Assembly (NCBI GenBank): GCA_019695015.1 | Contig: JAIBAV010000067.1 | Span: 3,396-67,395, forward strand | Source of the DNA: Chitinophagaceae bacterium | Lineage (GTDB): Bacteria; Bacteroidota; Bacteroidia; Chitinophagales; Chitinophagaceae | DNA: 64,000 nucleotides | Direction: 5' to 3' | In this document: piece after piece, positions 19,088 through 28,748 of the stretch | Layout: each line of letters begins with the position of its first letter | How positions within the stretch are numbered: the stretch's first letter is position 1 | Notes under the pieces: generated by a model | Seen by the model: only the letters and a program-made list of their open reading frames with translations | Database searches by the model: none | What the model was told of the DNA's origin: nothing | Program-made: the position numbers and the translations under genes

Positions 19088-20272
19088 ATGGCAGCAAGAG
19101 CAGATTTATTTCAAAGCCCAGATTATTTTGCATTAGACGAATTATTATCAGAAGAGCACAAGTTAATTAGAGAAACTGTTCGTAATTATGTTAAAAAAGA
19201 AATATCTCCAATTATAGAAGATTATGCTCAACGTGCCGAATTTCCAGAACAAATTGTTAAACAAATGGGTGAGTTAGGATGTTTTGGTCCAACTGTTTCT
19301 GTTGAATATGGTGGTGGAGGTTTAGATTATATTTCTTACGGATTAATGATGCAAGAATTAGAAAGAGGAGATAGTGGAGTAAGAAGTACTGCAAGTGTAC
19401 AAGGCAGTTTAGTTATGTATCCTATATATGCCTATGGTAGCGAAGAACAAAAAAGAAAATATTTACCTAAACTTGCAAATGGTGAATTTCTTGGATGTTT
19501 TGGGCTAACAGAACCTAATCATGGTAGTGACCCTAGTAGTATGCTAACTACCATAAAAGATGCAGGAGATCATGTAATTTTAAATGGAGCAAAAATGTGG
19601 ATTAGCAATGCACCTTATGCTCATGTTGCAGTTGTATGGGCAAAAGATGAACATAATATAGTAAGAGGCCTAATTGTGGAACGTGGAATGCCTGGGTTTT
19701 CTACCCCAACAACACATGGTAAATGGAGTTTAAGAGCTAGTGCAACAGGTGAATTAGTTTTTGATAATGTAAAAGTACCTAAAGAAAATATTTTTCCTAA
19801 TGTACAAGGCTTAAAAGGGCCATTGGGCTGTTTAACTAAAGCAAGATTTGGAATTGCTTGGGGTGCTTTAGGGGCTGCAATGGATTGCTACGATACTGCT
19901 TTAAGATATAGTAAAGAAAGAATACAATTTGATAAACCAATTGCTGGTTTTCAGTTACAACAAAAAAAATTAGCTGAAATGGTTACCGAAATTACCAAAG
20001 CACAGCTAATGGTTTGGCGTTTAGGAGTATTAATGAACGAAGGAAAAGCAACGCCACAACAAGTAAGTATGGCTAAAAGAAATAGCTGCGAAATTGCTAC
20101 GAATATTGCCAGAGATGCTAGGCAAATGCTTGGTGGTATGGGCATTACAGGAGAATATAGTATTATGAGACACATGATGAATTTAGAAAGTGTAATTACT
20201 TACGAAGGCACTCATGATATTCACTTGTTAATTACTGGTATGGATGTAACCGGTATTAATGCATTTAAATAA
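19088..20272 (+). CDS. gcdH: acyl-CoA dehydrogenase, glutaryl-CoA dehydrogenase type
   Basis: 394 aa. ACAD fold motifs GCFGLTEPNHGSD and YEGTHDIH. The N-terminal DYFALDELLSEEH is typical of GCDH. Confidence 0.75.
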   Translation: MAARADLFQSPDYFALDELLSEEHKLIRETVRNYVKKEISPIIEDYAQRAEFPEQIVKQMGELGCFGPTVSVEYGGGGLDYISYGLMMQELERGDSGVRSTASVQGSLVMYPIYAYGSEEQKRKYLPKLANGEFLGCFGLTEPNHGSDPSSMLTTIKDAGDHVILNGAKMWISNAPYAHVAVVWAKDEHNIVRGLIVERGMPGFSTPTTHGKWSLRASATGELVFDNVKVPKENIFPNVQGLKGPLGCLTKARFGIAWGALGAAMDCYDTALRYSKERIQFDKPIAGFQLQQKKLAEMVTEITKAQLMVWRLGVLMNEGKATPQQVSMAKRNSCEIATNIARDARQMLGGMGITGEYSIMRHMMNLESVITYEGTHDIHLLITGMDVTGINAFK

Positions 20273-20326
20273 TAAACTATTTCTAAATTATTTTAAGAAT
20301 ATTGCACTGTATTCAACAGTAAGTAT

Positions 20327-21463
20327 TTGAACAAACATTTGCATATAATTTCTTTTACAGTTCCTTATCCACCTAATTATGGCGGGGTAGTTGATTTGTT
20401 TTGGAAATTACCAGCACTACAAAAAGCAGGTATTCAAATACATTTACATTGTTTTGAATATGGACAAAACTTACAAACAGAATTAAATAAATATTGTGCA
20501 TCTGTTCACTATTATAAAAGATTAGTTGGCTTAAATGGGCTAAGCTTTACTTTACCTTACATTGTTGCCTCTAGAAAGAACGAAGAATTATTTTTGAAAT
20601 TATTAGAAGATGATTATCCTATTTTGTTAGAGGGTATTCATAGTACCTATTTATTGAATGATAACAGATTTGAGAATAGAAAAATTATTGTACGATTACA
20701 CAATGTAGAGTGTAATTATTATAAACATTTAGCTAATAATAGCAACAACTTATTAAATAAACTTTATTATCTAGCCGAGCATTTATTATTAAAAAAATAC
20801 GAAAAAAAATTAGCTACCACAAAGGCTATTTTTTTAACTGTAACAGAAAAAGATAAGTCAACTTTTATCCATCAATTCGGGTATAAAAATATTAATTATT
20901 TGCCTTTGTTTTTACCAGAAAGTTGGAAATTTAATTTAGCAACTACAAAAAATTCTTATTGTTTATACCAAGCAGACTTAAGTGTTGTTAATAACGAAAA
21001 AGCTGCAATTTGGTTATTGGAGAAAGTATTTAATACTATTGATTTTCCTTTAATTGTTGCAGGCAAAAATCCATCATTAAAACTAATTCAAATTGTAAAA
21101 AAATATAAACACGTTACTTTAAATGCTAACCCAAACAACGAAGTAATGCAGCAATTAATTAGCCATGCACAAATTAATATTTTACCCTCTTTAAGTAATA
21201 CAGGTATTAAATTAAAATTATTAAATGCACTTTATAATGGCAAATATTGCTTGGTAAATAGTAATACAATAGATGGGACTGAATTTGAAAGTTTATGTAT
21301 AGTTGCCAATAATGTGGAAGAGATGCAGCAAAAAATAAAAGAGTTATTTTGTATGAGTTTTAATGAACCGGAAATAATAAAACGAAAAACCGTATTAGAT
21401 AAAATATACAATAACACACAAAATGCAGAACAATTAATAAAATATATCTTTGATGAAAGTTGA
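20327..21463 (+). CDS. glycosyltransferase (GT1/GT4-like, conserved Bacteroidota family)
   Basis: 378 aa. The N-terminus HIISFTVPYPPNYGGVVDLFWKL...IHLHCFEYG recalls a conserved Bacteroidota mannosyltransferase-like family. TTG start as given in the ORF track. Confidence 0.55.
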   Translation: MNKHLHIISFTVPYPPNYGGVVDLFWKLPALQKAGIQIHLHCFEYGQNLQTELNKYCASVHYYKRLVGLNGLSFTLPYIVASRKNEELFLKLLEDDYPILLEGIHSTYLLNDNRFENRKIIVRLHNVECNYYKHLANNSNNLLNKLYYLAEHLLLKKYEKKLATTKAIFLTVTEKDKSTFIHQFGYKNINYLPLFLPESWKFNLATTKNSYCLYQADLSVVNNEKAAIWLLEKVFNTIDFPLIVAGKNPSLKLIQIVKKYKHVTLNANPNNEVMQQLISHAQINILPSLSNTGIKLKLLNALYNGKYCLVNSNTIDGTEFESLCIVANNVEEMQQKIKELFCMSFNEPEIIKRKTVLDKIYNNTQNAEQLIKYIFDES

Positions 21464-21486
21464 GGCAACCAAGCAGTATTAATACC

Positions 21487-21927
21487 ATGACAAAAGAAAT
21501 GAATAATAGGCAGGCTTATTTTAATTACTTCATAGAAGATAAGTATGTTGCAGGTATTGTATTATTAGGCACTGAAGTAAAAAGTATTAGAGAAGGAAAA
21601 GTAAGTTTTAATGATGCATTTTGTTTGTTGGTTGATGGGCAATTATGGTTAAGAGGTTTTTATATTGCAGAATATTCACATGGTACTGTAAACAACCATA
21701 TTGCTGTACACGATAGAAAATTGCTTTTACAAAAAAGAGAAATTAAAAAGCTACAAAATAAATTAAAAGATAAAGGTTTAACCATAGTGCCTCTTAAAGT
21801 TTATTTGAACGAAAAAAATTTGGTAAAAGTAGAAATTGGTTTAGCGAAAGGCAAAAAATTACACGATAAAAGAGATACCATTAAACAAAGAGATGCTGAA
21901 CGTGAATTAAAGCGTTTTGTAAAATAA
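21487..21927 (+). CDS. smpB: SsrA-binding protein
   Basis: SmpB pattern NRQAYFNYFIEDKYVAGIVLLGTEVKSIREGK plus a basic C-terminal tail. Start trimmed from the TTG at 21460 to the ATG at 21487. Confidence 0.9.
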   Translation: MTKEMNNRQAYFNYFIEDKYVAGIVLLGTEVKSIREGKVSFNDAFCLLVDGQLWLRGFYIAEYSHGTVNNHIAVHDRKLLLQKREIKKLQNKLKDKGLTIVPLKVYLNEKNLVKVEIGLAKGKKLHDKRDTIKQRDAERELKRFVK

Positions 21928-21946
21928 CAACTCAAAATTTATTATA

Positions 21947-22507
21947 GTGAAGGCTAATGACAAATCATTTTTAGTTTATGTTGCAAAGCTGGTGCTGTTA
22001 TTTTTAGCATTAGATTATGGCACTACTTTTTTTATTGGTATTACAACACCTGGAGGAAGCCATTATGTGCCTTGGTTGGATAAGTATTTTAATTATGTTA
22101 ATTGGCTTAGGCAAACTATATTACAATCTTCTAAGTTTTGTATGGGCATATTGGGATACAATATGGAACTTGTTAGCCCTTATATTTTAAAAATAAAAAA
22201 TGGAGCAGGTGTACATTTAGTTTATTCATGCTTGGGCTATGGTGTTATTAGTTTTTGGATAGCATTTGTATTAGCTAACAAAGCTACTTTATGGCTAAAA
22301 GTAAAATGGTTATTGGCTGGGGTTGCAATAATTATTTTTACTAATATTTTAAGAGTATGTATTTTAATTATTGCATTACAAAAGAAAATGTTTAAGCCAT
22401 TTACCTTAGATCATCACACATTTTATAATATTGTTGCTTACTCTGTAGTAATTATTTTGATGTTACTTTTTATCAAGCAAATAAGAAAGCAACAACTAAA
22501 AGTATAA
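21947..22507 (+). CDS. exosortase/archaeosortase-family membrane protein (XrtF-sized)
   Basis: 186 aa multi-pass protein with a GTG start. The candidate catalytic triad sits in the family-typical order and context: Cys in VYSCLGYG, Arg in FTNILRV, His in LDHHTF. Confidence 0.5.
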   Translation: MKANDKSFLVYVAKLVLLFLALDYGTTFFIGITTPGGSHYVPWLDKYFNYVNWLRQTILQSSKFCMGILGYNMELVSPYILKIKNGAGVHLVYSCLGYGVISFWIAFVLANKATLWLKVKWLLAGVAIIIFTNILRVCILIIALQKKMFKPFTLDHHTFYNIVAYSVVIILMLLFIKQIRKQQLKV

Positions 22508-22514
22508 ATTAGAT

Positions 22515-23708
22515 TTATTGATTAAGTTCAACCTCATCAATACTTTCATTAATAATACTACAAATATCAAGTAATTGTTGATTGGTACTAATTAATGGAG
22601 GAGCCAAACGCATACAGTTTGGAGCAAATAAAAACCAATCTGTAATTAAGCCTTTTGTTATGCATTTTTGAATAACGGCATGATTAGTTTCAAAATTTTC
22701 AAAAGCAATAGCAGCCCACAAACCAATATAATTTACATGCTTAATTAATTTTTTTGTAAGATTATTTATAAGAATTGATTGTTTGTGCTGAATGTTATTT
22801 AATAAATTTTCTGTTAATAAAACCTCTAAAGCAGCCTTACCTGCAACACAACTTATAGGATGCCCACCAAAGGTGGTAATATGGCCTAATACAGGGTTAT
22901 TGGTTAATAAATTCATTAAAGAGTAGTTGGCAATAAAAGCACCTAAAGGCATACCACCACCCAATGCTTTTCCTAAAAGTAAAATATCAGGTATTATTTC
23001 AAATTGTTCAAAAGCCCATAAACTTCCTGTTCTTCCAAAACCACTTTGTATTTCATCAACAATAAAAAGTACACCATTGGCTTTGCATTTTTTATACAAT
23101 GTTTGAAGCCAAGTTTTGTTGGCAGCTTTAATACCAGCTTCAGCTTGCACTATTTCTATAATTACACAAGCTACAGTAGAGTCTATTGCTTCAATAATTT
23201 CATTAGAGTTATAATTAAAGTGGTAAACTTCGGGCAACAAAGGACGAAAGTTATTTCTCCAATATTCACTTCCAATAACACTTAAAGAGCCTTGTGTGCT
23301 TCCATGATAAGCATTGTTGAATGCATAAATTTTGGTTCTGCCGGTTGCTCTTTTTGCTAATTTTAAAGCACCTTCTGTTGCTTCTGTTCCACTATTTGTA
23401 AAGTAAACACAGTTTAAATCTGAAGGTAAATTATCAGTGAGTAATTTAGCATAGGCAGTTTGTGGTTGCTGAATAAACTCACCATATACAATAAGGTGCA
23501 TGTATTCTTTTGCTTGCTTGGTTACAGCTTCTACAACTGTAGAATTTGTGTGTCCTATATTGGCTACACTAAATCCAGAAATTGCATCAATATATTTTTT
23601 CCCATCAACATCAAACAAATAAATTCCTTCGGCTTTATTCATTTCTATTGCAATTGGTGCAGGAGATGTTTGTGCAAGATGTTGCTGAAAGATTTGCCTG
23701 TTATTCAT
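22515..23708 (-). CDS. class III (acetylornithine/GABA-type) PLP aminotransferase
   Basis: 397 aa. Motifs FTNSGTEATEGALKLA, VDEIQSGFGRTG and LLGKALGGG. Confidence 0.85.
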   Translation of the reverse strand: MNNRQIFQQHLAQTSPAPIAIEMNKAEGIYLFDVDGKKYIDAISGFSVANIGHTNSTVVEAVTKQAKEYMHLIVYGEFIQQPQTAYAKLLTDNLPSDLNCVYFTNSGTEATEGALKLAKRATGRTKIYAFNNAYHGSTQGSLSVIGSEYWRNNFRPLLPEVYHFNYNSNEIIEAIDSTVACVIIEIVQAEAGIKAANKTWLQTLYKKCKANGVLFIVDEIQSGFGRTGSLWAFEQFEIIPDILLLGKALGGGMPLGAFIANYSLMNLLTNNPVLGHITTFGGHPISCVAGKAALEVLLTENLLNNIQHKQSILINNLTKKLIKHVNYIGLWAAIAFENFETNHAVIQKCITKGLITDWFLFAPNCMRLAPPLISTNQQLLDICSIINESIDEVELNQ

Positions 23709-23739
23709 TACCAGTTATTTTATAATAATATAGCAAAAG

Positions 23740-24432
23740 TTAATTAAAAATGGCATCATTAATGCCTTTATTTATAATGTATGTGTTATACATAATTTCA
23801 ACTTTTCCTTTTTTATTTTTCATTTTTTCTCTCATTTCTTTTTTCCCTTCATCATCAAACTCCATTGTTATGCCTTTAGGCATTTTGTAATCTTTAGTAT
23901 TAAAACCAAAAACAACTTTATCGGGTAACCCATATTGGCTATAATTTCCATAACTTATTAAAATTTGATAAGTGCCGTTTTCTTTTGTTGTTGTAACTAC
24001 TTTTTTTACTAATAATTTTTCTGCATCAATATACATGGTACTTAACGCAACATCGTTTGTTTCATTTTTGGGTAATAATATTATTTTTCTTGTTATAGTA
24101 TTGTCAATAATTTCTTCACCACTATCTATAATATCAAAATCCTCTACATTAATAATTGCTCCAATATTTATAGATACACCACCTTTTGGTAAAATAGATA
24201 TTCCATTTTCTTTTTTAAGCTTAAACTTATTTGGCTTTTTGAAATAAACTGTAACCTTTCCGATTGGGGCTTTAATAAAAGTTATATCTGTTTTCATTTT
24301 GCCAGTTGCAGTATAATCATTTACTAAATTTATTTTTGCTTTTACTTTATTTAGTAATGTGGTTGCATCTTGCGAAAAAACAATTGATTGAAAACACAAG
24401 AGTATTAAAAATAGAAATCCTAACTTCTTCAT
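23740..24432 (-). CDS. LolA-fold (outer membrane lipoprotein-sorting-like) secreted protein
   Basis: 230 aa with a signal peptide. The N-terminal pattern ATTLLNKVKAKINLVNDYTATGKM...VYFKKPNKFKL is typical of LolA-like proteins. From memory only. Confidence 0.45.
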   Translation of the reverse strand: MKKLGFLFLILLCFQSIVFSQDATTLLNKVKAKINLVNDYTATGKMKTDITFIKAPIGKVTVYFKKPNKFKLKKENGISILPKGGVSINIGAIINVEDFDIIDSGEEIIDNTITRKIILLPKNETNDVALSTMYIDAEKLLVKKVVTTTKENGTYQILISYGNYSQYGLPDKVVFGFNTKDYKMPKGITMEFDDEGKKEMREKMKNKKGKVEIMYNTYIINKGINDAIFN

Positions 24433-24443
24433 TGTTGAAAATT

Positions 24444-25319
24444 TTAGCTTAATATATCTTTCTTTTTAAAAATAAAAATGGTAATACTTATTAGAATAAT
24501 AATATGAGCAATTAAAACGGTTAAGCTATTAATAATTTTTGCTGGGTTTTGAATACTTCCTGCAATAGTTTCGTTTTGGTTATTAATTTTTATATCAAAA
24601 AATTCTTTCCAAGTAACCAAATGGGTTGTAAACAAGTAAGGTTTTATTAAATTAAATAAAGGTAAACTCATAGTACTTAAAATGGTACAAACTATAATAA
24701 TACTCATTGTTGCAACAATTGGGCCAATAGAGTTTTCGGCAAATAAAGAAAGAAAAAAACCAACAGCAGCAACTGTTATCATTGCAATTGCTGCAAATAA
24801 AAATGCACCAGTGTATCGCCAAAAAATATCGTTTTGCTGAAGTTGTACAACATAATTATTTTTTAGTAACAATAAATCTCCTGTGCCAAAAATAAATATA
24901 CTTAGTAATAAACCTAGAATTGCAAGCCATATAAGTAAAGCAACAGTATATATACAGGTGGCAATAAATTTTGCAATAATAAATTGCACTCTACTAATTG
25001 GTTTTGTTAGCAATAATCTTAAGGTTCCAATATTGGCTTCACCGCTAATCATATCTGCTGCAATTAAAGCAATTAGCAAAGGCACATGCACTAATAGCAA
25101 TTGTAATAGAACATAACATACAAAATATCCGTTTATTATTTTTCCGTCAATACTAAAAGTGTTTTTTAAATCGGCCATTACAAAGTCTGCATATTCTTTA
25201 CCATCTACTTTTAATCCTAACTGCACAATAATGGTTAATGCAGCTATTGCAATAAAAGCAATATATGTTCTGGGACGGTTAAATATTTTATATAATTCTA
25301 TTTGTATTAAAGTAAACAT
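24444..25319 (-). CDS. ABC-2 type transporter permease
   Basis: 291 aa with about 6 TM segments. Separated by 1 nt from the upstream ATPase gene. Confidence 0.65.
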   Translation of the reverse strand: MFTLIQIELYKIFNRPRTYIAFIAIAALTIIVQLGLKVDGKEYADFVMADLKNTFSIDGKIINGYFVCYVLLQLLLVHVPLLIALIAADMISGEANIGTLRLLLTKPISRVQFIIAKFIATCIYTVALLIWLAILGLLLSIFIFGTGDLLLLKNNYVVQLQQNDIFWRYTGAFLFAAIAMITVAAVGFFLSLFAENSIGPIVATMSIIIVCTILSTMSLPLFNLIKPYLFTTHLVTWKEFFDIKINNQNETIAGSIQNPAKIINSLTVLIAHIIILISITIFIFKKKDILS

Positions 25320-25320
25320 A

Positions 25321-26232
25321 TTAATTGGCAGTGGTTACTCGTAAAAAATAATCTTCTAAACTATGTCTTGGTTTAATGCTAATAAGCTGAATTTGCATTT
25401 CAACCAAATTGCTATTCAAGGTTGGTATTTGGCTTTTATCTAATTTAAAAGTAATGGTATTAGTAGTATGTTGCTGAATGCTTGTTAGCCATTTACTTTT
25501 TTGTAGTTGCTGCAAAGCAAATTCATTATTGGTTGTTTCTATTTCAACAATTGTTTGCGATGGGTTAAACAAAGCGGTAGCAGTATCTTCAATAATTTTT
25601 TTACCTTTATCAATTATCAAAATTCTTGTTGCAATTTGTTCTATTTCACTTAAAAGGTGCGATGAGATTAAAATAGTTTTACCATGCTCTTTACTTAATT
25701 TTATTATTAAATTTCTTATATCTGCTATGCCTTGAGGATCTAAACCATTAGTTGGTTCATCTAAAATAATTAACTGTGGCTGGTGTATTAATGCAATAGC
25801 AATTCCTACTCTTTGTTTCATGCCTTGAGAGAAGGTTGCAACTTTATCTTTTGCTCTATTTGCTAGCCCAACAATTTCTAATTGTTGCATTAGTTGATGA
25901 TGTGTTGGCCTGGTACCATTTAGCCTGGCAAAAAGTTTTAAATTATCGTAAGCACTTAAGTATTTATATACATCTGGTTTTTCTATTACTGCACCAATAT
26001 TTTTTAATATTTCATTTCTATTATTTTGTAGTGGTAAGCCAAAAATTTCTATACTACCATTAGTGGGTTGTATTAATGTAAGTAACATTCTAATGGTTGT
26101 ACTTTTTCCGGCTCCATTTTGCCCTAAAAAGCCATACACATCACCACTATTAACATTAAAAGATAAATTATTTACTGCTGTAATTTGCTTAAACTGCTTA
26201 GTTAAATTTGTAACCTTAATTATTTCATTCAT
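25321..26232 (-). CDS. ABC transporter ATP-binding protein
   Basis: 303 aa. Walker A GQNGAGKST, signature FSQGMKQR, Walker B LIILDEPTNGLD. Confidence 0.9.
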   Translation of the reverse strand: MNEIIKVTNLTKQFKQITAVNNLSFNVNSGDVYGFLGQNGAGKSTTIRMLLTLIQPTNGSIEIFGLPLQNNRNEILKNIGAVIEKPDVYKYLSAYDNLKLFARLNGTRPTHHQLMQQLEIVGLANRAKDKVATFSQGMKQRVGIAIALIHQPQLIILDEPTNGLDPQGIADIRNLIIKLSKEHGKTILISSHLLSEIEQIATRILIIDKGKKIIEDTATALFNPSQTIVEIETTNNEFALQQLQKSKWLTSIQQHTTNTITFKLDKSQIPTLNSNLVEMQIQLISIKPRHSLEDYFLRVTTAN

Positions 26233-26387
26233 GTAATATAGCCAATTGGGGCAAAGGTAGTAGCTACATATATTGCATAGTAGGTTTTGTATAATAAATT
26301 TGATAAATTGATGTGAAAAATACTATTTGCTTTTTTTAAGTAAAAAGAAACCTTATTTTTAAGTATCAAATTTTTATTCAACTTATA

Positions 26388-26990
26388 ATGGTAAAAAATA
26401 TTTTCATTATTGCTTTAATGGGTATGGTAAATATTGTTATCGCACAACAATCATCACAAAGCAATAAAACCATAAGTGTTTGTTTAAGTAATAGTGAAAT
26501 GAAATTGTATAATTTAGTGATGGAATACAGGCTGCAAAATGGATTACCCTCTATACCTCTTTCTGCATCTTTATGTTTTGTAGCACAACAGCATTGTAAA
26601 GATTTGATTAATAACAAACCTAAAACTTCTGTGTGCAATATGCATAGTTGGAGTAGTAATGGAAGTTGGAGTTCTTGTTGTTATACGCCAGATCATAAAA
26701 ATGCTGCTTGCATGTGGAATAAGCCAAGAGAGCTAACCAATTATAAAGGTAATGGATACGAGATTGCTTTTTATGTTTGGAGTTCGGCTTCAGCCACATA
26801 TACTGCAGAACCTGAAGAAGCTTTAAAAGGATGGAAGGGAAGCCCTGGACATAACGATGTTATAATTAATAAAAATATTTGGAAATCGGCTAATTGGAAT
26901 TCAATTGGTATTGGTATCTATTATGGTTATGCTACCATTTGGTTTGGAGAAGAAAAGGATACAGAAACAATACCACAGGTTTGTAATTAA
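26388..26990 (+). CDS. CAP/SCP/PR1-like domain secreted protein
   Basis: 200 aa with a signal peptide. CAP-like C-terminus GWKGSPGHNDVII...IGIGIYYGYATIWFG. Confidence 0.6.
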   Translation: MVKNIFIIALMGMVNIVIAQQSSQSNKTISVCLSNSEMKLYNLVMEYRLQNGLPSIPLSASLCFVAQQHCKDLINNKPKTSVCNMHSWSSNGSWSSCCYTPDHKNAACMWNKPRELTNYKGNGYEIAFYVWSSASATYTAEPEEALKGWKGSPGHNDVIINKNIWKSANWNSIGIGIYYGYATIWFGEEKDTETIPQVCN

Positions 26991-27024
26991 TTTTTTCCAT
27001 TTTAATTGCAATATTATTTGATGT

Positions 27025-27032
27025 TACATTTG
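27025..27032 (+). promoter_or_regulatory. -7 promoter box TAcaTTTG, 5 nt upstream of the rsmA ATG
   Basis: Exact TAnnTTTG match. The spacing implies a leaderless or near-leaderless mRNA. Confidence 0.4.
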
Positions 27033-27037
27033 CAGCA

Positions 27038-27805
27038 ATGCAATACACACTAAAAAAAGCATTAGGCCAGCATTTTTTAAAAGATGAAAACATATGTAAA
27101 AATATTACAGATGTAATTAATCAGTCTTTGAATGAAACTACTATTAGTAATTTATTAGAAGTTGGACCTGGTGCTGGTGCTATTACAAAATACTTGCTTC
27201 AAATACCTGGTATAAATTTTAAAGTTGTTGAATTAGATGCAGAAAAAGTAGCTTACTTAAATGCTACTTATACTGCTATACAATCTAAAATAATTCATCA
27301 AAATTTTTTAGAAATGCATGCACCATTTGATGAAAAATTTATGGTGGTAGGTAATTTTCCTTATAATATTTCTTCTCAAATATTATTTAAAATATTAGAA
27401 TGGAAACAGAATGTACCTGTTGTTGTTGGCATGTTTCAAAAAGAAGTAGCCCAACGTGTTGCAGCACAACCTGGCAGCAAAACATACGGTATCATTAGTA
27501 TATTAATTCAGGCTTATTATGATGTAGAATATTTATTTGATGTTTCTGCAAATTGTTTCAATCCTCCACCAAAGGTTATGAGTGGTGTAATTCAACTTAA
27601 ATTAAAAGATAAAACCTTCAGCAAAAGAAGCGATAAAGATTTTATTAATTTAGTAAAAACCGCTTTTAATCAACGAAGAAAAATGCTTAGAAATGCAGTT
27701 AAAAATTTATTTTCAGAAGATGAGTTAAAGAATGAAATTTTTAATAAACGAGCAGAGCAGTTAAGTATTGAAGACTTTGCTGCCCTAACTTTTAAAATGA
27801 AATAA
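27038..27805 (+). CDS. rsmA: 16S rRNA (adenine1518/1519-N6)-dimethyltransferase
   Basis: 255 aa. Motifs LGQHFL, the SAM site LEVGPGAGAIT, and GNFPYNISS. Confidence 0.92.
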   Translation: MQYTLKKALGQHFLKDENICKNITDVINQSLNETTISNLLEVGPGAGAITKYLLQIPGINFKVVELDAEKVAYLNATYTAIQSKIIHQNFLEMHAPFDEKFMVVGNFPYNISSQILFKILEWKQNVPVVVGMFQKEVAQRVAAQPGSKTYGIISILIQAYYDVEYLFDVSANCFNPPPKVMSGVIQLKLKDKTFSKRSDKDFINLVKTAFNQRRKMLRNAVKNLFSEDELKNEIFNKRAEQLSIEDFAALTFKMK

Positions 27806-27809
27806 AAAA

Positions 27810-28736
27810 TTGAAAAGAATAATTATTTCTGGTTATGCTCATTCTGTATTGCAAGAAATGTTAAGCAATGCAGGCTTTGAGGTAATATATAACCCAACTA
27901 TTAGCTACCAAGAATTGTTGAATGAAATTGAACCTGCAGTTGGGTTAATTACAACAACTAGAATTAAGGCAGATGAAATGCTTTTGAGAAAAGCAACTAA
28001 TTTAAAATTTATAGGTAGGTTAGGTAGCGGAATGGATTTAATTGATGTGGAGTTTGCAAAACAAAAAAATATAAAATGTTTAAATAGTCCAGAGGGAAAT
28101 AGAAATGCAGTAGCTGAACATACATTGGCATTGTTGTTAAACCTTATGAATAAAATAAACATAAGTTACGATGCATTAAAGCAAAATATTTGGGCAAGAG
28201 AAGAAAATAGGGGAGATGAGTTAGAGGGTAAAATAGTTGGTATTATTGGCTTTGGTAATACAGGTAAAAGATTTGCTGAACTTCTACAACCTTTTAATGT
28301 TACTGTATTAGCTTATGATAAATATAAGTTTGGGTTTGCATCTAACTATATCAAGCAAGCCAGCTTTGAGCAAATTTGCAAACAAGCTAATGTAATTAGT
28401 TTTCATGTGCCACTTACAGCAGAAACGCATTATTATGCAAATGATTCTTTTTTTAACTCTTTACAACAACAGCCTTATTTTTTAAATACTTGCAGAGGTA
28501 AAGTAACCAATACAAAAGCTTTAATTAATGCCTTAGAAAATAAAAAAATTAAAGCAGCAGGCTTAGATGTTTTAGAAAATGAACAATTATCTACTTATAC
28601 TACAGATGAAAAAATTATGCTGCAGCAACTAATCCGTTTTAATAATGTAATTATTACACCACATACAGCAGGTGTTACAGCACAATCTTTGTTTAAAATG
28701 AGTAAAATAATGGCAAATAAAATTTTAGATCTTTAA
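27810..28736 (+). CDS. D-isomer-specific 2-hydroxyacid dehydrogenase family protein
   Basis: 308 aa with a TTG start. NAD site GIIGFGNTGKRFA; catalytic region NTCRG...TPHTAG. Confidence 0.8.
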   Translation: MKRIIISGYAHSVLQEMLSNAGFEVIYNPTISYQELLNEIEPAVGLITTTRIKADEMLLRKATNLKFIGRLGSGMDLIDVEFAKQKNIKCLNSPEGNRNAVAEHTLALLLNLMNKINISYDALKQNIWAREENRGDELEGKIVGIIGFGNTGKRFAELLQPFNVTVLAYDKYKFGFASNYIKQASFEQICKQANVISFHVPLTAETHYYANDSFFNSLQQQPYFLNTCRGKVTNTKALINALENKKIKAAGLDVLENEQLSTYTTDEKIMLQQLIRFNNVIITPHTAGVTAQSLFKMSKIMANKILDL

Positions 28737-28748
28737 CTGCTTCCTACA

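Noticed and set aside
24444-26232. Identification of the ABC pair as gliding-motility gldA/gldF
   Set aside because: No gldG-like gene follows, the permease is larger than I expect for GldF, and the downstream gene is LolA-like. I left it as a generic ABC-2 exporter.
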